64,000 bases of DNA from an uncultured Bacteroidales bacterium (lineage in GTDB: Bacteria; Bacteroidota; Bacteroidia; Bacteroidales; Paludibacteraceae): NCBI GenBank assembly GCA_903901975.1, contig CAIUTB010000003.1:31063-95062 (forward strand), written 5' to 3'. How positions within the stretch are numbered: the first letter of the stretch is position 1; each line of letters starts with the position of its first letter. The position numbers and the translations under genes are program-made. This document shows positions 27,628-36,968 of this stretch, in pieces. Under the pieces are notes generated by a model. The model saw only the letters and a program-made list of their open reading frames with translations, had not been told where the DNA came from and searched no databases.

Positions 27628-28445
27628 TTCTTAGCCATTTTGTAAACTATTTCTTTTACCCAGCCTGCCCATTGTTGCTGTGACTTTGATTTGTCGAAAG
27701 TCTCCCACGGAATGGGTTTGCCAATTCTTATGCTGAATTCATTTCCCCGTTGTTTGAAAAGTTCATCCACCAAATACAACATTTCGATATTTATTTTAAT
27801 TTTCAGAAATTTACGAAGATTTGCCAGATTGTAGAAGAAATTAGAATTCCGACCTTCGAAATAAACCGGAACTACATCCCGTTGAAATTCAATGGCTTTT
27901 GAAATAAAATTTTTCTTCCATTCCAAATCCACAATCTTCCCATTTACTTTTCGGGAACACATACCGGCCGGATAAGTAATTAAATGATAATCGGACTCGT
28001 ATAATTCCTTCATTTTTACCGCATGATTTTTACTCTGAGAACCGACTTTATTGACCGGAACAAACATTTCTTTTAATGGTTCTACATTCATTAATAGGTC
28101 GTTCGAGAAAAATTTGATTTTGTCATCATATTCTTTTCCAATAATATAGCCGGTTGTAATTCCATCGAGGCCACCCAGCGGATGATTCCCGACAAAAATA
28201 TATTTCCCCCCTTTGGGCAGATTTTCTTTTCCTTCAATTTTGATCGAAACATGTAAATCATTTAGCGTCGCTTCAATAAACTCAAGATTTTTTAAACCCG
28301 GATATTTCCTGAGGAATTCATTCAATTCATCTTCATGTACAATACGTCGTAAATAATTGACAAGAAATGTTGGAATCTTCGTGTTTGGTGCTTTTTCCTT
28401 CAATACCTGCGCTATATTAATACTGATTATTTTATGCTTGCTCAT
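27624..28445 (-). CDS. lysophospholipid/glycerol acyltransferase-family protein
   Basis: The start is chosen at MSKHKII (ATG at 28445). The acyltransferase block FVGNHPLGGLDG (H-x-D type) and the YPAG block are present. The stop overlaps the GNAT start by 4 nt. Confidence 0.75.
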   Translation of the reverse strand: MSKHKIISINIAQVLKEKAPNTKIPTFLVNYLRRIVHEDELNEFLRKYPGLKNLEFIEATLNDLHVSIKIEGKENLPKGGKYIFVGNHPLGGLDGITTGYIIGKEYDDKIKFFSNDLLMNVEPLKEMFVPVNKVGSQSKNHAVKMKELYESDYHLITYPAGMCSRKVNGKIVDLEWKKNFISKAIEFQRDVVPVYFEGRNSNFFYNLANLRKFLKIKINIEMLYLVDELFKQRGNEFSIRIGKPIPWETFDKSKSQQQWAGWVKEIVYKMAKK

Positions 28446-28732
28446 ATTTTGTTGGTTTTTCGACTTCTGCAAATGTACAAAAAAATGCGAATTAAATGAA
28501 GATGAACAATATTTCTTCATTTCTAGAAAATTTTGGTTGATTTTTTGTCTATGCAATTTTATTTTACTTCCCCACTTTTATGTCATTTTTTTTTATTATT
28601 ATTTATTATGATTTAAATATCTGTATAACAAGTATTTGAAAATGTGTAGATGAAATAAATGAGTTGTTATAATATGTTGAAAAGTAGTTGAAAAGTGCTG
28701 ATTTTAAGATAATAAGCTGTTGATAAATTTTT

Positions 28733-28751
28733 TGTGGGGAAATGTGGGGAA
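28733..28751 (+). promoter_or_regulatory. candidate MraZ operator: two direct TGTGGGGAA repeats with 10-bp period
   Basis: TGTGGGGAAaTGTGGGGAA lies 52-70 nt upstream of the mraZ ATG. A third GTGGGGAA occurs in inverted orientation at 28568-28575. Confidence 0.45.
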
Positions 28752-28802
28752 TTCAAAATTAAATTCTTACTTTTACCGTTGAAAAATTAGACTCAATTCG
28801 AT

Positions 28803-29276
28803 ATGTCAACATTTATAGGAAAATATGAAGCAAAAGCCGATGTAAAAGGAAGAATCTTTATTCCTTCCAATTACCGTAAGTTACTGCCCAATGATGAAAA
28901 AGAACGGGTAGTGATGCGTAAGGATGCCGAAAACGACTGTTTGATTATCTATCCCGAACATGTGTGGAACGAAATGGTTGGTGATTTTAAATCGAAGTTG
29001 GATGAGTGGAATCCTACCGACCAGTTATTGTTGATGCAATTTGTATCCGATGCAGATTGGCTTGATATTGATTCTCAGGGTCGTATTTTGATTTCCAGGA
29101 AAAACCTGCAACTCATTGGAATTGAAAATGCTGAAGTGTTATTTGTCGGAATGTTAGATAAGTTTGCGGTTTGGAGCAAAAGCAGGTATGAACAAAATAA
29201 ATTGTCCTCAACTGATTTTGCTGCTCTTCTAAAAGAGCGAATGATGAAGAAGCCCCTAGCCCCTAAAGGGGAATAA
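28803..29276 (+). CDS. mraZ: division/cell-wall cluster transcriptional regulator MraZ
   Basis: 157 aa with two SpoVT/AbrB-like halves carrying DxxGR motifs (VKGRIFIP, SQGRILIS). It is the first gene of the dcw cluster. The last 8 codons and the stop lie in repeat copy C. Confidence 0.95.
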   Translation: MSTFIGKYEAKADVKGRIFIPSNYRKLLPNDEKERVVMRKDAENDCLIIYPEHVWNEMVGDFKSKLDEWNPTDQLLLMQFVSDADWLDIDSQGRILISRKNLQLIGIENAEVLFVGMLDKFAVWSKSRYEQNKLSSTDFAALLKERMMKKPLAPKGE

Positions 29277-29388
29277 GAACCCCTAATCCCTAAAGGGGGA
29301 TTAAAAGGATTCATTAATTGTAAAATTGAGAATGAAAAAAAATATAACAAACGTAGGTAATTCAGTTCCCCTTCAGGGGTTAGGGGTC
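29252..29388. repeat. MITE/Correia-like inverted-repeat element, copy C (mraZ-rsmH spacer), with duplicated left terminus
   Basis: Left termini are GCCCCTAGCCCCTAAAGGGGA (29252-29272) and CCCCTAATCCCTAAAGGGGGA (29280-29300). The right terminus is TCCCCTTCAGGGGTTAGGGGTC (29367-29388). The interior is AT-rich. Confidence 0.85.
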
Positions 29389-30288
29389 TATCACACTCCT
29401 GCACTGCTGAATGAAACTATTGACGGACTCAATATAAAGCCAGATGGGATTTATGTGGATGTCACTTTTGGCGGTGGCGGTCATTCGAAGGAAATTTTGA
29501 ATAAACTTGGACCGAAAGGCAAATTGCTTGGTTTTGACCAGGATGAAGATGCAGTAAAGAATATTGTTGAAGACTCCCGGTTTATATTTGTTCAGAGCAA
29601 TTTTTTGTATCTAAAAAATTTTCTCCGTTATCACAATATTGAAAAGGTCGACGGTATTTTGGCGGATTTGGGCGTTTCGTCTCACCATTTTGATGTGGCT
29701 GAACGTGGATTTTCGTTTCGATATGATGGAGCACTTGATATGCGTATGAATACTAAATCGCCTCTGACTGCTGCGGTTTTATTGAATACTTATTCTGAAG
29801 AACAATTGGCTGATGTGTTTTATTTGTATGGCGAATTACATAATTCCAGAAAAATAGCCCGAACCATTGTCATTGCTCGTTCCAACGCACTTTTCGATCG
29901 AATTTTTCCTTTTATCGAAGTGTTGAAGCCATTTTTCGGTCGTGAAAAGGAAAAGAAAGATATGGCGCGGGTATTTCAAGCCTTACGCATTGAAGTGAAT
30001 AAGGAAATGAATGTGCTGAAATCACTCTTGTCGCAAAGTCTTGAAGTGCTCCAACCCGGAGGAAGATTGGTGGTTTTGACTTATCATTCGTTGGAAGATA
30101 GATTGGTAAAGAATTTTTTTCGCAGTGGAAACTTCGAAGGTAAATTGGAAAAAGATTTTTACGGCAATATATTATCGCCTATGAAAGCGATTAATAATAA
30201 AGTGATTGTGGCCGACGAGGCGGAAATTGCACGTAATCCGAGAGCAAGAAGTGCCAAACTTCGTATTGCCGAATTGAAGGTTGGTTGA
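29332..30288 (+). CDS. rsmH: 16S rRNA (cytosine1402-N4)-methyltransferase
   Basis: It has YHTPALLNE (the canonical YH.PVL start region), the SAM motif DVTFGGGGHS and the DLGVSS.. motif. The only in-frame ATG upstream of the conserved core is at 29332, inside repeat copy C. The TTG at 29326 is an alternative. Confidence 0.88.
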   Translation: MKKNITNVGNSVPLQGLGVYHTPALLNETIDGLNIKPDGIYVDVTFGGGGHSKEILNKLGPKGKLLGFDQDEDAVKNIVEDSRFIFVQSNFLYLKNFLRYHNIEKVDGILADLGVSSHHFDVAERGFSFRYDGALDMRMNTKSPLTAAVLLNTYSEEQLADVFYLYGELHNSRKIARTIVIARSNALFDRIFPFIEVLKPFFGREKEKKDMARVFQALRIEVNKEMNVLKSLLSQSLEVLQPGGRLVVLTYHSLEDRLVKNFFRSGNFEGKLEKDFYGNILSPMKAINNKVIVADEAEIARNPRARSAKLRIAELKVG

Positions 30289-30343
30289 TTGGGTTGAATG
30301 GTTGATTAAGTAATTGGAAATTGAAAAATTGATAATTGAATAA

Positions 30344-30730
30344 ATGTCCTGGTTTAAAAAAATAGTAGATGCGGTTCGTGGTAGCGAAGATTTTTCGGAT
30401 ATTAAATCCAGTAGTCTTCGCGATATTTTGAACGGAGATATTCTGACCAAGAAATTTTTTCAAAAACAATATGGCTTGGTAATCATGATTGCCGTTTTGG
30501 CTTTTCTGTATATTGATAACCGTTATTATTGCGAAACTCAACTGGCAACTGAAATTGAACTAAAAAAGAAAATTCTGGACGCCAAATATGAATCGTTGAC
30601 CATTTCAGCAGAATTGATGGAAATAAGTCGTCAATCGAATGTAATGAAAGCGGTGAATGACAACGGATTAGGATTAATTGAAAATACAACGCCACCCATT
30701 GTAATTGAAGACAGCATAGCAAAGAAATAA
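30344..30730 (+). CDS. ftsL: FtsL-like cell-division protein (Bacteroidota type)
   Basis: 128 aa with a single TM helix followed by a coiled-coil. It sits between rsmH and ftsI. Confidence 0.65.
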   Translation: MSWFKKIVDAVRGSEDFSDIKSSSLRDILNGDILTKKFFQKQYGLVIMIAVLAFLYIDNRYYCETQLATEIELKKKILDAKYESLTISAELMEISRQSNVMKAVNDNGLGLIENTTPPIVIEDSIAKK

Positions 30731-32854
30731 ATGACTGAAAAACGTAGAAATATTGTCCTGCGGTTTGGCATAGTGTACACCATCATATGTCTCTCATTTG
30801 TTATGGTGCTTTATCGAATTGTAAAGATCCAGTTTGTAGAGCGTAATCAATGGATGGCATTGGCTGCAAAAAGTGTAAAAACCGATATTGTGGTAAAGCC
30901 CAACCGAGGGAATATTTATGCCTGCGATGGTCGATTAATGGCCAGTTCCATTCCTACTTACTACGTTTATATGGATTTACGCGTAGATGCATTACACAAA
31001 GATGAAGGTGCACTTTTTAGTGAGAATATTGATTCATTGTCCATTTATTTGTCCAGCTTTTTTCGTGACAAAACACCTACAAATTATAAATCGATATTGA
31101 CAAAAGCCTATCAATCAGGAGTGGGCGAATTCCAACTTTCCGAAAAGCGAATCTCCTATGCTCAGCTTAAACAACTTAAAACATTACCATTATTTCGTTT
31201 GGGTCGAAACAAAAGTGGTTTGATTACAAAAGAATATTTCAAGCGCGTCAGACCATTTGGATCATTGGCGCAGCGTACCATAGGTGATATTTTTGCGGAT
31301 GAATCGAAAGGTGGGAAAAACGGAATTGAGTTGAGTTTTAATTCCAGCCTGATCGGAACTCCTGGCGTTTCTATTCGTCAGAAAGTGGCAAATAATTACA
31401 TGGAAACTGTTCAGATTGAGCCAATTGATGGTATGGATATAAAATCAACCATTGATATAGATTTACAGGATATTGCCGAAAAAGCCCTGGTTGATGGTGT
31501 GAAACAGTTTGATGCTGCAGTAGGATATGCCATATTAATGGAAGTTCACACCGGTGAGGTGAAAGCCATTGTGAATATGCAGAAAAACAAAGATGGTTCT
31601 TATACTGAAAACAGAAACGGTGCTGTTTCGGATATGACTGAACCGGGTTCAACGTTCAAAGTGGCATCGGTGATGGCTGCGCTGGATGAAGGGAAAGTAA
31701 AAATGTCGGATACAATCAATACTTTTAATGGACAGTATAAGTATGGTAATCGGACCATGACCGACCACAATGCTAATCATGGTGGCTTTCACAAAATTAC
31801 TCTGGTACAGGCAATTTATGGTTCTTCCAATATTGGTGTGTCGCGTGCTATTGTCAAAGCGTATGGAAAAGATCCCGGAGCTTTCGTGAACAAATTGTAT
31901 GCAATGAAACTGAACGAACCTCTGAAACTAGAAATTCCCGGAACAGCCAAACCCTTTATCCGTCATCCGAATGATAAATCGCACGAATGGTCTGTAACCA
32001 CATTACCTTGGATGTCAGTTGGTTATGAAACGCAGGTACCGCCTATTTATACTTTGACTTTTTATAATGCCATTGCCAATGATGGAAAAATGATTCGCCC
32101 ATTTTTTGTGAAATCAATCAGTAAAAATGGTCAATTAGTAAAGGAATACACGACTGAAGTAATTAATCCTGCCATTTGTAAACAAACTACCCTTGCTGAA
32201 ATTCGATCTGCTTTGCTTGGAGTTGTGGAGGATAAAATGGGAACAGGAAAACCTGTTTTCTCAAAATATGTACGTATTGCCGGAAAATCGGGTACGGCAC
32301 AGGTTTGGACAAGCGGAGGAAATACCGGCAAGCATCAGGTGGCATTTTGCGGCTATTTTCCGTACGAAAATCCATTGTACAGTTGTATCGTTGTGATGCG
32401 CGAACCGGGAATCGGTCATGCTTCGGGGGGACACATGAGCGGGTTGGTTTTCAAAAATATAGCCGAGCGTGTTATGGCGTTGAACTCCAATCGCAAACCG
32501 ACACATGTTGGGTTGGATTCTATTAAAGCTGAAGATTTATGTCCGAATACAAAAGTTGGCTATTATAAAGCAATTCAGACTGTTATGTCCGGTTTGAATC
32601 TGCCTTTGGCAGCAAATTCAACTGATTGGGTAAAAACCTATGCAAAACAAAGCCAGACTGCTGTTCAGCCAATTACTGTTTCAAATAGAGTAGTTCCGGA
32701 TTTATGTGGGATGGGAGCAAAGGATGCGGTTTATATTCTAGAGAATATGGGCTTTAATGTTCAGGTTCAGGGTCGTGGAAAAGTTATTTCGCAAAATATG
32801 AAACCGGGAACTTATTTTAAAAAAGGAAGTTCTGTAATGATTAATCTTCAATAA
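30731..32854 (+). CDS. ftsI: penicillin-binding protein (class B transpeptidase, FtsI/PBP3) with C-terminal PASTA domain
   Basis: 707 aa. It has an N-terminal TM helix, the motifs STFK, SSN and KSGT, and a PASTA-like tail (VPDLCGMGAKDAVYILENMGFNVQVQGRGKV). Confidence 0.9.
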   Translation: MTEKRRNIVLRFGIVYTIICLSFVMVLYRIVKIQFVERNQWMALAAKSVKTDIVVKPNRGNIYACDGRLMASSIPTYYVYMDLRVDALHKDEGALFSENIDSLSIYLSSFFRDKTPTNYKSILTKAYQSGVGEFQLSEKRISYAQLKQLKTLPLFRLGRNKSGLITKEYFKRVRPFGSLAQRTIGDIFADESKGGKNGIELSFNSSLIGTPGVSIRQKVANNYMETVQIEPIDGMDIKSTIDIDLQDIAEKALVDGVKQFDAAVGYAILMEVHTGEVKAIVNMQKNKDGSYTENRNGAVSDMTEPGSTFKVASVMAALDEGKVKMSDTINTFNGQYKYGNRTMTDHNANHGGFHKITLVQAIYGSSNIGVSRAIVKAYGKDPGAFVNKLYAMKLNEPLKLEIPGTAKPFIRHPNDKSHEWSVTTLPWMSVGYETQVPPIYTLTFYNAIANDGKMIRPFFVKSISKNGQLVKEYTTEVINPAICKQTTLAEIRSALLGVVEDKMGTGKPVFSKYVRIAGKSGTAQVWTSGGNTGKHQVAFCGYFPYENPLYSCIVVMREPGIGHASGGHMSGLVFKNIAERVMALNSNRKPTHVGLDSIKAEDLCPNTKVGYYKAIQTVMSGLNLPLAANSTDWVKTYAKQSQTAVQPITVSNRVVPDLCGMGAKDAVYILENMGFNVQVQGRGKVISQNMKPGTYFKKGSSVMINLQ

Positions 32855-32869
32855 TTCAATTTGTTACAA

Positions 32870-34324
32870 ATGGCAAATATGATATTAGACGATATACTGC
32901 AAAACGTGATTCTTCAAAAAGTAATTGGAGAAACCGAAATAAGCATTAAAAGTATTCAGTTCGATTCGCGAAAAGTGGAATCGGGGAGTGTTTTTGTTGC
33001 AACTCGTGGAACGGCTTCTGATGGTCATCAATTTATCCCGATGGCTATTGAAAAGGGCGCAAAAGCAATTGTTTGTGAAGAAATTCCAACTGAAATTAAT
33101 TCTGAAGTTAGCTATATAAAAGTAGCCAATAGTGCCGATGCTCTTGGAAAAATGGCTTCTGCCTGGTATGATTTTCCATCTTCCAAAATGACTTTGGTTG
33201 GAGTGACCGGAACAAATGGTAAAACAACAATAGCTACACTTTTGTATCAGCTTTTCCGTCAGTTAGGTTACAAATCAGGTTTATTGTCAACGGTTTGTAA
33301 TTATATTGACGATGTAGCCATTGAAGCAACTCATACAACACCCGATGCGTTGGCATTGAATGATTTACTGGCTCAAATGGTTGATGCCGGATGCGAATAT
33401 GCGTTTATGGAAGTAAGTTCGCATTCGATTGAACAACGACGTATCGCCGGACTGGAATTCGATGGTGGAATTTTCACCAATATCACCCGTGATCATATCG
33501 ATTATCACCTGACTTTTGAAAATTATCTGAAAGCTAAAAAGCAATTTTTCGATGAGCTTTCGGCTGATTCATTTGCACTTACCAATGCCGATGACAAAAA
33601 TGGATTGGTAATGCTTCAGAATTCAAAAGCGAAAAAATACAGCTATTCACTTCGCGGCATGGCCGATTTCAAGACCCGTATTCTCGAACATAGTTTTGAA
33701 GGTATGTTGCTTGATATGAACGATAAAGAAGTGAATGTGGCGTTTATTGGAAAGTTTAATGCCAGTAATTTATCGGCTGTTTTTGGTGCTGCCGTTTTAC
33801 TCGGACAGGATGAATTGGAAGTGTTACGCATTATCAGCTCGTTGCATTCGGTTTCAGGCCGATTCGAAACCTTGCATGCGCCCACAGGTTATACAGCTAT
33901 TGTGGATTATGCTCACACACCTGATGCTTTGACGAATGTAATTGGAACAATAAATCAGATTTTGCAGGGAAACGGACGATTGATTACAGTTGTTGGTTGT
34001 GGTGGAAACCGCGATAAAGGCAAACGCCCGATGATGGCTCGTGAAGCGGTTAATGGTAGTTGGAAAGCCATTCTGACATCGGATAATCCACGTTTTGAAG
34101 AGCCTCAGGATATTTTAAATGATATGTTGGCTGGACTGGATGCAGCAAATAAGGCTAAAAGTCTGACTATTGTTGACCGACGCGAAGCCATTAAAACTGC
34201 TTGTGCATTGGCTCAGGCAGGCGATGTGGTTTTGGTTGCGGGCAAAGGTCACGAAGATTATCAGATTATTCAGGGTGTAAAATACCATTTCGACGATAAA
34301 GAAGAAGTAAGAAAATGTTTTTAA
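32870..34324 (+). CDS. murE: UDP-N-acetylmuramoyl-L-alanyl-D-glutamate--2,6-diaminopimelate ligase
   Basis: It has the [11 protein letters not shown]-loop and the DNPR motif specific to MurE. ATG at 32870 is preferred over the TTG at 32861. Confidence 0.95.
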   Translation: MANMILDDILQNVILQKVIGETEISIKSIQFDSRKVESGSVFVATRGTASDGHQFIPMAIEKGAKAIVCEEIPTEINSEVSYIKVANSADALGKMASAWYDFPSSKMTLVGVTGTNGKTTIATLLYQLFRQLGYKSGLLSTVCNYIDDVAIEATHTTPDALALNDLLAQMVDAGCEYAFMEVSSHSIEQRRIAGLEFDGGIFTNITRDHIDYHLTFENYLKAKKQFFDELSADSFALTNADDKNGLVMLQNSKAKKYSYSLRGMADFKTRILEHSFEGMLLDMNDKEVNVAFIGKFNASNLSAVFGAAVLLGQDELEVLRIISSLHSVSGRFETLHAPTGYTAIVDYAHTPDALTNVIGTINQILQGNGRLITVVGCGGNRDKGKRPMMAREAVNGSWKAILTSDNPRFEEPQDILNDMLAGLDAANKAKSLTIVDRREAIKTACALAQAGDVVLVAGKGHEDYQIIQGVKYHFDDKEEVRKCF

Positions 34325-34336
34325 AATAGAACGATT

Positions 34337-35605
34337 ATGATTTATCATTTATTTCAATATTTAGAAAAAATATTCACGTTTCCGGGTTCGCATTTGTTTA
34401 ATTACATTTCGTTCCGAACTGGTTTGGCATTTATATTGGCGCTTTTGCTTTCCACTATGTTTGGTCGGCAGATAATTAATTATTTGCAAAAAAAACAAAT
34501 TGGTGAAACCATACGTGACCTTGGATTGGAAGGTCAAATGAGCAAGAAAGGTACGCCGACAATGGGTGGAATTATCATTATTATTGCCATTTTAGTGCCA
34601 ACACTTTTACTGGCGAATCTGACAAATACCTATGTACTTTTAATGATAATCACTACCGTTTGGTTGGGACTAATTGGTTTTCTGGATGATTATATTAAAG
34701 TTTTTCTAAAAAACAAGGAAGGCCTAAGTGGTCGTTTTAAAATTGTCGGACAGGTTGGGTTGGGTATCATAGTTGGTTTAACCATGTATTTAAGTTCAGA
34801 TGTTGTTATTCGGGAGAATCTTGAAGTGAAAGGTATTACAAGTAATCGTGTTGAATACGTTGTGTATGCCAAACATGATGTAAAATCAACCAAAACGACC
34901 ATCCCATTTGTAAAAAACAATAATTTTAATTATGCTGATGCATTCAATTGGGCAGGTAAAAAAGCCCAACGCTACGGCTGGATATTATTTGTGCTTGTAG
35001 CCATTTTTATTGTTACAGCTGTTTCGAATGGTGCAAATCTGACGGATGGATTAGATGGTCTCGCCACTGGTTCTTCAGCCATTATGGGAGTAATTTTGGG
35101 GATATTGGCCTATGTTTCGGGTAATATGAATTATGCCGGATACCTGAACATTATGTATTTACCAGGCACTGGCGAATTGTTGATATTTGCCGGAGCATTT
35201 ATTGGGGCTACCATCGGATTTCTATGGTACAATGCTTACCCTGCTCAGGTTTTTATGGGCGATACCGGCAGTTTGACCTTGGGTGGAATTATTGCCGTTT
35301 TTGCTATTGTTATCCGAAAGGAATTATTAATCCCCATTTTATGTGGTGTGTTTTTGGTTGAAAGTCTTTCAGTTGTAGTGCAAGTAAGTTATTTTAAATT
35401 GACTAAAAAACGGTTTGGCGAAGGGAAACGCATTTTTAAAATGACACCCTTGCATCATCATTATCAAAAACAGGGGAATGCTGGCATTCAGTCAATATTT
35501 CAACGTCCGATACAAGCCATGCCCGAATCGAGGATTGTAATTCGTTTCTGGATAGTTGGAATTATTTTGGCAGCAGTGACTATTATAACCTTGAAAATCA
35601 GATAA
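34337..35605 (+). CDS. mraY: phospho-N-acetylmuramoyl-pentapeptide transferase
   Basis: 422 aa, polytopic, with the motifs [17 protein letters not shown] and MGDTGS. Confidence 0.95.
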   Translation: MIYHLFQYLEKIFTFPGSHLFNYISFRTGLAFILALLLSTMFGRQIINYLQKKQIGETIRDLGLEGQMSKKGTPTMGGIIIIIAILVPTLLLANLTNTYVLLMIITTVWLGLIGFLDDYIKVFLKNKEGLSGRFKIVGQVGLGIIVGLTMYLSSDVVIRENLEVKGITSNRVEYVVYAKHDVKSTKTTIPFVKNNNFNYADAFNWAGKKAQRYGWILFVLVAIFIVTAVSNGANLTDGLDGLATGSSAIMGVILGILAYVSGNMNYAGYLNIMYLPGTGELLIFAGAFIGATIGFLWYNAYPAQVFMGDTGSLTLGGIIAVFAIVIRKELLIPILCGVFLVESLSVVVQVSYFKLTKKRFGEGKRIFKMTPLHHHYQKQGNAGIQSIFQRPIQAMPESRIVIRFWIVGIILAAVTIITLKIR

Positions 35606-36939
35606 TGAAAAGAATAGTTGTACTAGGTGGAGGCGAAAGCGGTGCAGGTGCAGCAGTACTGGCGAAGAAGCAGGGCTTTGATGTTTTTCTGTCCGATTTG
35701 TCGGAAATAATAGCAGAATATAAAGCGTTGCTTGACAGCTATGAAATTGTGTGGGAGGAAAAACAACATAGCGAAGAATTGATTCTGAATGCCGACGAAA
35801 TTATTAAAAGCCCTGGAATTCCGGATAAAGCGCCATTAATCAAGAAATTACATGCAATTGGCACTCCTGTAATTTCCGAAATTGAATTTGCAGGTCGTTA
35901 TACCGATGCTAAAATGATTTGTATAACCGGAAGTAACGGTAAAACCACCACCACGATGCTGGTGTATCATATATTGAAAAATGCAGGATTGAATGTTGGT
36001 TTAGCAGGGAATGTGGGTCAAAGTCTGGCATTGCAGGTGGCAACTGAGAATTTTAGTTATTACGTGTTGGAACTCAGCAGTTTTCAGTTGGATGGAATGA
36101 TCGGATTTAAAGCTGATATTGCCATTTTATTGAATATTACTCCAGATCATTTAGACCGTTACGAGTATAAATTTCAGAATTATGTGGATTCAAAATTCCG
36201 CATCACACAAAATCAAACGGCGAATGATGCCTTTATTTTCTGGGATAATGATCCGGTAATTAAAGCAGAACTGGCAAAACGGAATATTCAGTCAGCCATG
36301 TATCCGTTTGCCATTGAACGAAATGAAAAAACAAAAGCGTTTATCGAAAACGATGAATTGATTATACAAACTCTAAAATCACTATTTACTATGCCAACTA
36401 CAGAATTAGCACTTCAGGGAATGCACAACACCTATAATTCAATGGCAGCAGGACTTGCAGCCTCTATTGTACATGTTCGTAAAGAGAGTATTCGTCAATC
36501 GTTGCAGGATTTTCAGGGTGTGGAACACCGTTTGGAATATGTAGCGACTGTGAAAAATATTCGTTTTATAAATGACTCAAAAGCCACTAACGTTAATTCG
36601 TGCTGGTATGCTTTACAGAGCATTAAAACACCGGTTGTGCTTATTCTTGGAGGAACAGATAAAGGCAATGATTATGCTGAAATTGAAGAGTTGGTAAAAG
36701 GAAAGGTGAAAGGACTGATTTATATGGGGTTGGATAATGCGCCTTTGCATACATTTTTTGATGGAAAAGTTCAGAATATTGTTGATGTGCAGTCGATGGA
36801 AGATGCTGTAAACGCAGCGTATAAAATGGCCGGTGAAGGTGAAACCGTTTTGCTTTCACCTTGCTGTGCAAGTTTCGATTTGTTTAAAAACTACGAAGAC
36901 CGGGGCAAACAGTTTAAAAATTGTGTCAGAAACCTTTAA
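35605..36939 (+). CDS. murD: UDP-N-acetylmuramoylalanine--D-glutamate ligase
   Basis: 444 aa with the motifs GGGESG and ITGSNGKTTT. Confidence 0.95.
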   Translation: MKRIVVLGGGESGAGAAVLAKKQGFDVFLSDLSEIIAEYKALLDSYEIVWEEKQHSEELILNADEIIKSPGIPDKAPLIKKLHAIGTPVISEIEFAGRYTDAKMICITGSNGKTTTTMLVYHILKNAGLNVGLAGNVGQSLALQVATENFSYYVLELSSFQLDGMIGFKADIAILLNITPDHLDRYEYKFQNYVDSKFRITQNQTANDAFIFWDNDPVIKAELAKRNIQSAMYPFAIERNEKTKAFIENDELIIQTLKSLFTMPTTELALQGMHNTYNSMAAGLAASIVHVRKESIRQSLQDFQGVEHRLEYVATVKNIRFINDSKATNVNSCWYALQSIKTPVVLILGGTDKGNDYAEIEELVKGKVKGLIYMGLDNAPLHTFFDGKVQNIVDVQSMEDAVNAAYKMAGEGETVLLSPCCASFDLFKNYEDRGKQFKNCVRNL

Positions 36940-36968
36940 TTAGTTGACAGTTAATAGTTGTCAGTTGT

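Noticed and set aside
28446-28556. Longer 310-aa version of the acyltransferase starting at 28556
   Set aside because: The extra 37 residues are low-complexity (MHRQKINQNFLEMKKYCSSSFNSHFF...) and extend into the divergent promoter region. The conserved family N-terminus begins near MSKHKII.
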